Shown piece by piece: positions 49,815-53,893 of a stretch of DNA of 53,893 nt. The DNA lies in contig CAZSNV010000001.1 of NCBI GenBank assembly GCA_964608035.1, positions 1-53,893 of the forward strand, in the 5' to 3' direction. Each line of letters opens with the position of its first letter. Position 1 is the stretch's first letter. The notes under the pieces are model-generated. The model saw only the letters and a list, made by a program, of their open reading frames with translations, did no database searches and was not told where the DNA came from. Source of the stretch: an uncultured Gemmatimonadaceae bacterium. GTDB lineage: Bacteria > Gemmatimonadota > Gemmatimonadetes > Gemmatimonadales > Gemmatimonadaceae. Made by a program: the position numbers and the translations under genes.

Positions 49815-51038
49815 CTATTTCACAAGGATCGGCCTGACGAGCGTCGTGCTACCGGGACCCACGGTGCCGGGGTCGTCAACCGGCTTGAAGATCCCGACGA
49901 TCTGCGCTTTGTCGAAAGCGGGAGTCTGGTTTTTCTTGGACTTGTCGGGATACACCTTCGTCAAGGTGAAGGAGCCGAGCAGGCTTACCTCAACGGTCGA
50001 CCTTCCGTTGCATCCGGTCACGCATCGGTAAAAGGCCGCCTTGATGTCGACCCCCACGCCTCCACTCGCATCTTTGCAATCGCCGTAGGTGGAGCTGGTG
50101 GTCGGAGTGTTGTCGGTTTCGCCGGGTAGACTGGAGCAGATCCCCGGTCCGGGGGCGGGATTGCAGCTCGCATTGCCTACGGCGCCACAAATCGTCGGCC
50201 CGGCCATGTTACCCGGCTCGGTGATCAGCGAATCGCCGACCGCCAGCGTGTGACAGGTGCTGCCGGACATGTGGCCTCTGAATGCGTTTGCGCCCCCGCT
50301 GGCGGGACCCGGGACAGCCAGCGCGCCGGTGGAAACATCCCAGTACTTCCCCAGCTTCACGGCCTGATAGTTCCCGCTCATCGCGCCGAGCGTATCATTG
50401 ACCTGACCGGAGCCGATCTTCAGGGAAAACGTGCGCTCCGCGGTCGTCATGTTGTTGAGCGCCGCCATGTCGTTCACAGTATCGAATGGCCGGTACATGC
50501 CAAGCGTGTCCGGAGTATTCGCGATCCCGCGTTCGATGTTGATCCGCCACATCAACTGCGTGAACGGAACGGCGACCGGCTTCATGCAGCCGGACGAGGT
50601 AGTTACCGGCGCATCGGCCCAGCCGATCGCCCTGGCCTTCATGCGAGGCTGCGCGACGCCGAGCAACGACATCATCAGGCCGGTCGACTGTCGGCTGACC
50701 GTGACGCTGACCGCGTCAGTGTGTGCCGCACCTGGCGCGAACGTCTTCCCCACATCATCCCAGTCGCCAAGGAGCACGGAATCGACCGTGACCACACCCT
50801 GCATTGCCTTGTTCACGTTGGCGTATGAAGTCGCGACCGCCGCCGTAGTGCCGGCGTTGTTAGGCGGGAGGAGCTGGATGGCTCCGGCGTGGGCCGCTGC
50901 GTCAGCCGACGTCTGCAGCTCGTTCCGAAGCGTCCAGAGCCGGCTGAAGTCGATCGCGATTGCCGAGATGCTTACCAGGGTGACCATCATGATGCCCAGC
51001 ATCACCACCACTGCGCCGCGGCGTGCTTGCAGTCTCAC
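49815..51038 (-). CDS. TadG-like protein, copy 2 (tandem duplicate, unit offset 1550 bp)
   Basis: ~88% aa identity to copy 1. GTG 51038 is preceded by gggagggg. Confidence 0.7.
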   Translation of the reverse strand: MRLQARRGAVVVMLGIMMVTLVSISAIAIDFSRLWTLRNELQTSADAAAHAGAIQLLPPNNAGTTAAVATSYANVNKAMQGVVTVDSVLLGDWDDVGKTFAPGAAHTDAVSVTVSRQSTGLMMSLLGVAQPRMKARAIGWADAPVTTSSGCMKPVAVPFTQLMWRINIERGIANTPDTLGMYRPFDTVNDMAALNNMTTAERTFSLKIGSGQVNDTLGAMSGNYQAVKLGKYWDVSTGALAVPGPASGGANAFRGHMSGSTCHTLAVGDSLITEPGNMAGPTICGAVGNASCNPAPGPGICSSLPGETDNTPTTSSTYGDCKDASGGVGVDIKAAFYRCVTGCNGRSTVEVSLLGSFTLTKVYPDKSKKNQTPAFDKAQIVGIFKPVDDPGTVGPGSTTLVRPILVK

Positions 51039-51234
51039 CGATTCCCCTCCCGGGACGGCCCCACCCCACCCAGGAAACCACTGAACCACTGGGCCGGATA
51101 ATCGGAACCGGATCTTGTTGTGGTAACACCGGACCCGACCTCGCCCGGATTCAGATCCTTCAACGAAGATTAGATCCTACTAAACTATCAGGGATTGCTC
51201 TAGGGCCCAGCCACGGAAGACGAGCTTCGCCAAG

Positions 51235-52137
51235 CTAGATCTTCCCAAACTCCTGAATGATCTGCACCACTGCCGGCCCAAGAATCACGGCGAACAAGGC
51301 AGGGAGGATGAACAGCAGGAGCGGGAACGTCATCTTGAGCGGGGCCATTTTGGCGCGCCTCTCGGCGTCCTGCTTGCGTTTCCGCCGCAGTGTCTCCGCC
51401 GCCACCCGTAGCACCGTCGCAATACTGGTCCCCCACTTCTCGCTCTGAATCAGGCTGGAAACCAGGGCGCGGATGTCCAACACCCCGGTCCTTTTCCAGA
51501 GACCGCGAAGGGCCTCGTCCCGAGGCATGCCGGCGTTCGTGAGACGGTTCACGACTGCGAGTTCGTGTGCCAGGTCGGGGTGAGCCAGGCGCAACTCTTT
51601 CGCGACCCTGAGGATAGCCGCGTCGAGTGATGTCCCCGCCTCCACACAAACGACCAGCAGGTCGAGCGCATCAGGTACCGATCTCTTGACGCGGTCCTGC
51701 CGCAGTCGCACCAGCCGGTCGAGCATTGCAATCGGGGCAATCAGCCCCAGAAAAACACCAACGGCCATCGACATCACCCACAGAATGAACGCCGTCCGCG
51801 GAATCACCAGCAGGGCGATCAATGGCAGCATCACGATCGAGCTTGTGCGCGCCAGGAAGTAGACCGCTGGCGCTGACGGGGACTCGAACCCCGCTTGAAT
51901 GAGCTTGTGTTGAAGATCCTCGTTCTCCTCGCGATCCTTGGCCCAGGCTTCGAGCCGGTCTCTCATGCGCCCTCGCTCAGTCTTCTCCGGACGCAGCACG
52001 AGGCTCGGACCCACAATGGCATCTTCTGACGCACGCGTCATCACATCCCGGCGCTGCAGCATCGACACCAGCGACGTGCTGGCAATGAGCACCGCCAGGC
52101 CGCCGAGGATGAGGAGAACGATGAGGAGTGGGCTCAT
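51235..52137 (-). CDS. tadC: Type II secretion system F-family protein TadC
   Basis: T2SSF domain pattern (PDALDLLVVCVEAG.SL..A). 3-4 TMs. The start is moved to ATG 52137. Confidence 0.8.
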   Translation of the reverse strand: MSPLLIVLLILGGLAVLIASTSLVSMLQRRDVMTRASEDAIVGPSLVLRPEKTERGRMRDRLEAWAKDREENEDLQHKLIQAGFESPSAPAVYFLARTSSIVMLPLIALLVIPRTAFILWVMSMAVGVFLGLIAPIAMLDRLVRLRQDRVKRSVPDALDLLVVCVEAGTSLDAAILRVAKELRLAHPDLAHELAVVNRLTNAGMPRDEALRGLWKRTGVLDIRALVSSLIQSEKWGTSIATVLRVAAETLRRKRKQDAERRAKMAPLKMTFPLLLFILPALFAVILGPAVVQIIQEFGKI

Positions 52138-52148
52138 GGCGACTCTCG

Positions 52149-53111
52149 TCAGATCTCGATGTCGGCGATCTTCATCATCACCCAGTAGCCCATCATCACG
52201 GACAGCGTGGCGGCGAAAAACACCCATGGCCCGTAGTCCGTCTGCATCATCGGGCGCATGAAGCCCGGGTTGAGCAGGTTCACGGCCCCGAAGACCACGA
52301 ACGGCAGCGAGCCGAGGATGCGCGCTGAAAGCTTTGACTCGGCCGTCAGCGTTTCGATTTCACCTTTCAGCGCCGATCGTTCGCGCATGAGGGTGGAGAT
52401 CTTCCCCAGCACCTCACTCAGGTTGCCGCCTGTTTCACGCTGGATCAGAATGGCCGTCACGAACATCCGCAGGTCCAGGCTGTTGATGCGGTCCTGCAGC
52501 TGGAGGAGTGCCGTGCGCACTTCCATACCCAGCCGCTGCTCTTCATAGAAGCGCGCGAACTCAGGCCCCAGCGGCTCCGGCACTTCCTCACCGATGAACT
52601 TCATTGCTGCCTGGAACGAATAGCCGGCCTTCATGGCGCTGACCAGCATGTCGAGCGCGTCGGGCAACTGTTCCTGGAAAGTGTGCAGGCGTTTCCGCTC
52701 TTTCCTGCCTAACCAGATGATCGGCAGGAAGAGTCCGATGCCGGTGCCGATCGCTGCACCGATGATGCTACCCGACAGTGCGCGGCCAAGCATCATCAAT
52801 CCAAATGCCGAGATCCCCATGGCGAGGACCAGGCTGCCGGGCGTCATTTGCACGCCGGCGTTCTGCAGTTTCTCCGTCAGCTTTGCCGTCAGGTCGCGGC
52901 CGCCCAGCAGTCGGTCGAGGGCGGGGACGCTGCTGACGCTCTCGTCACGCAGGATATTGCGTGCCGCGTCCTGAGCCTGCTCGACCTCGCGCAGCCGTTC
53001 GAGCGCCGCGTCGCTGACCGTCAGCGAGGTCCTGTTGAGGAATGTCCAGGTCCCGACCAGGATCCCGATGGTTCCCAGGAAGACGAGGGCGAGGGTCAGC
53101 AGTTCGCCCAT
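52149..53111 (-). CDS. tadB: Type II secretion system F-family protein TadB
   Basis: LPDALDMLVSAMKAGYSF..A... with TM segments at both ends. Confidence 0.8.
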   Translation of the reverse strand: MGELLTLALVFLGTIGILVGTWTFLNRTSLTVSDAALERLREVEQAQDAARNILRDESVSSVPALDRLLGGRDLTAKLTEKLQNAGVQMTPGSLVLAMGISAFGLMMLGRALSGSIIGAAIGTGIGLFLPIIWLGRKERKRLHTFQEQLPDALDMLVSAMKAGYSFQAAMKFIGEEVPEPLGPEFARFYEEQRLGMEVRTALLQLQDRINSLDLRMFVTAILIQRETGGNLSEVLGKISTLMRERSALKGEIETLTAESKLSARILGSLPFVVFGAVNLLNPGFMRPMMQTDYGPWVFFAATLSVMMGYWVMMKIADIEI

Positions 53112-53114
53112 GGT

Positions 53115-53893
53115 CTACTCGAAGAGTCCGCGCGGCATCTCGACGCCCGCGATCTTGAGTTTCTCGGCGAACAGCGGACGAACACCCGTAGGCTCGAAGG
53201 AGCCTACGATCTTGCCATCCGGCGTGACGCCACGCCGCTTGAACCGGAAGATCTCCTGTGTCGTGACCATGTCGCCTTCCATGCCTACGACTTCGACCAC
53301 ACTGGTGACGCGGCGACCGCCATCGCTGAGGCGCTGCACCTGGATGATGACGTCGAGCGCCGAAGCGATCTGCTCCCGCATGGCGCGTTGGGGAAGGTTT
53401 GTGCCGGCCATGAGGATCATCGTTTCGAGACGCGCCAGCGCGTCGCGCGGCGAGTTCGAGTGGACCGTGCTGAGCGAGCCTTCGTGACCGGTATTCATGG
53501 CCTGCAGCATGTCCAGTGCTTCGGCCGATCGAACTTCGCCGACGACGATCCGGTCTGGACGCATACGCAGGGCGTTCTTGACCAGGTCGCGGGCGAGTAC
53601 CTCGCCACGTCCTTCCGAGTTGGGCGGACGCGTTTCGAGCCGGACCACGTGCTCCTGCTGCAGCCGCAATTCCGCGGCGTCTTCGATGGTGATCAATCGC
53701 TCGTCGGACGGAATGAACGAGCTGAGCGCATTGAGCAATGTCGTTTTTCCGGAACCGGTACCGCCGGAGATCAGGATGTTGAGCCGCGCCTTCACGCAGC
53801 CGGACAGCAGTACCAGCATGTCCGGTGTGATGCTCCCGTACTCGACGAGTTCCTTGACCGTGATATCCGCGCCGAAGCGGCGGATGGAAAGCA
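53115..53893 (-). CDS. cpaF: CpaF/TadA family pilus assembly ATPase (5' end outside the window)
   Basis: Walker [44 protein letters not shown]. The frame stays open to the window edge. Confidence 0.9.
   Translation of the reverse strand, partial: LSIRRFGADITVKELVEYGSITPDMLVLLSGCVKARLNILISGGTGSGKTTLLNALSSFIPSDERLITIEDAAELRLQQEHVVRLETRPPNSEGRGEVLARDLVKNALRMRPDRIVVGEVRSAEALDMLQAMNTGHEGSLSTVHSNSPRDALARLETMILMAGTNLPQRAMREQIASALDVIIQVQRLSDGGRRVTSVVEVVGMEGDMVTTQEIFRFKRRGVTPDGKIVGSFEPTGVRPLFAEKLKIAGVEMPRGLFE

Noticed and set aside
48265-51038. N-glycosylation sequons in the TadG-like proteins as direct evidence that they are substrates of the neighbouring GT-C enzymes
   Set aside because: N-x-S/T triplets (NMT, NST, NTS) are present, but none has the D/E at position -2 required by PglB-type enzymes. 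No PglB/STT3-like signature (WWDYG) was seen. The TadG-glycosylation link is kept only as a hypothesis, based on the TadG remnant at 32140-32285.

Overview
High-GC (roughly two-thirds G+C) bacterial chromosomal window. Gene content and repeat style resemble a Gemmatimonadota- or Acidobacteriota-like soil bacterium, but the taxon cannot be verified here. No rRNA, tRNA, CRISPR array, transposase or integrase was recognised. The window has three zones. (i) 1-22.5 kb is mostly housekeeping or accessory metabolism: a deoxyhypusine-synthase-like gene plus a LOG gene, two plug-domain lipoproteins, queG, an M10 metalloprotease, an ECF sigma/anti-sigma/PDZ operon, a serine hydrolase, a DUF59 protein, a GHL10 lipoprotein, RNase D, a 7Fe ferredoxin, a split xanthine-dehydrogenase-family S/L/FAD set, yhbY, an M23 peptidase and an ABC-2 permease. 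These genes are separated by unusual long palindromes whose stems are built from tandem heptamers. One such palindrome sits in frame inside the molybdopterin subunit gene. (ii) 22.5-46.6 kb is a ~24-kb glycosylation supercluster. It holds 7 polytopic GT-C-like membrane proteins in 3 paralog families, 3 membrane-anchored ArnC/DPM1-like GT2 enzymes plus one soluble ALG5-like GT2, 4 SAM methyltransferases, a UbiA/DPPR-synthase-like prenyl-phosphate phosphoribosyltransferase, and a dTDP-3-amino-3,6-dideoxyhexose pathway (rfbA, rfbB, fdtA-like, fdtB-like) with a FemAB/CelD-like acyltransferase. No Wzx, Wzy, ABC exporter or initiating phosphoglycosyltransferase is present. The cluster is a patchwork of duplicated modules and gene fragments. 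(iii) 46.6-53.9 kb holds a TPR protein, two tandem ~88%-identical TadG-like proteins and tadC-tadB-cpaF of a Tad/Flp pilus locus. A third, decayed TadG 3' remnant lies inside the glycosylation cluster. The best candidate for an undescribed system is this lipid-carrier-dependent extracytoplasmic glycosylation machinery, possibly linked to the Tad pilus. All family assignments come from motif recognition by eye and need HMM or BLAST confirmation.
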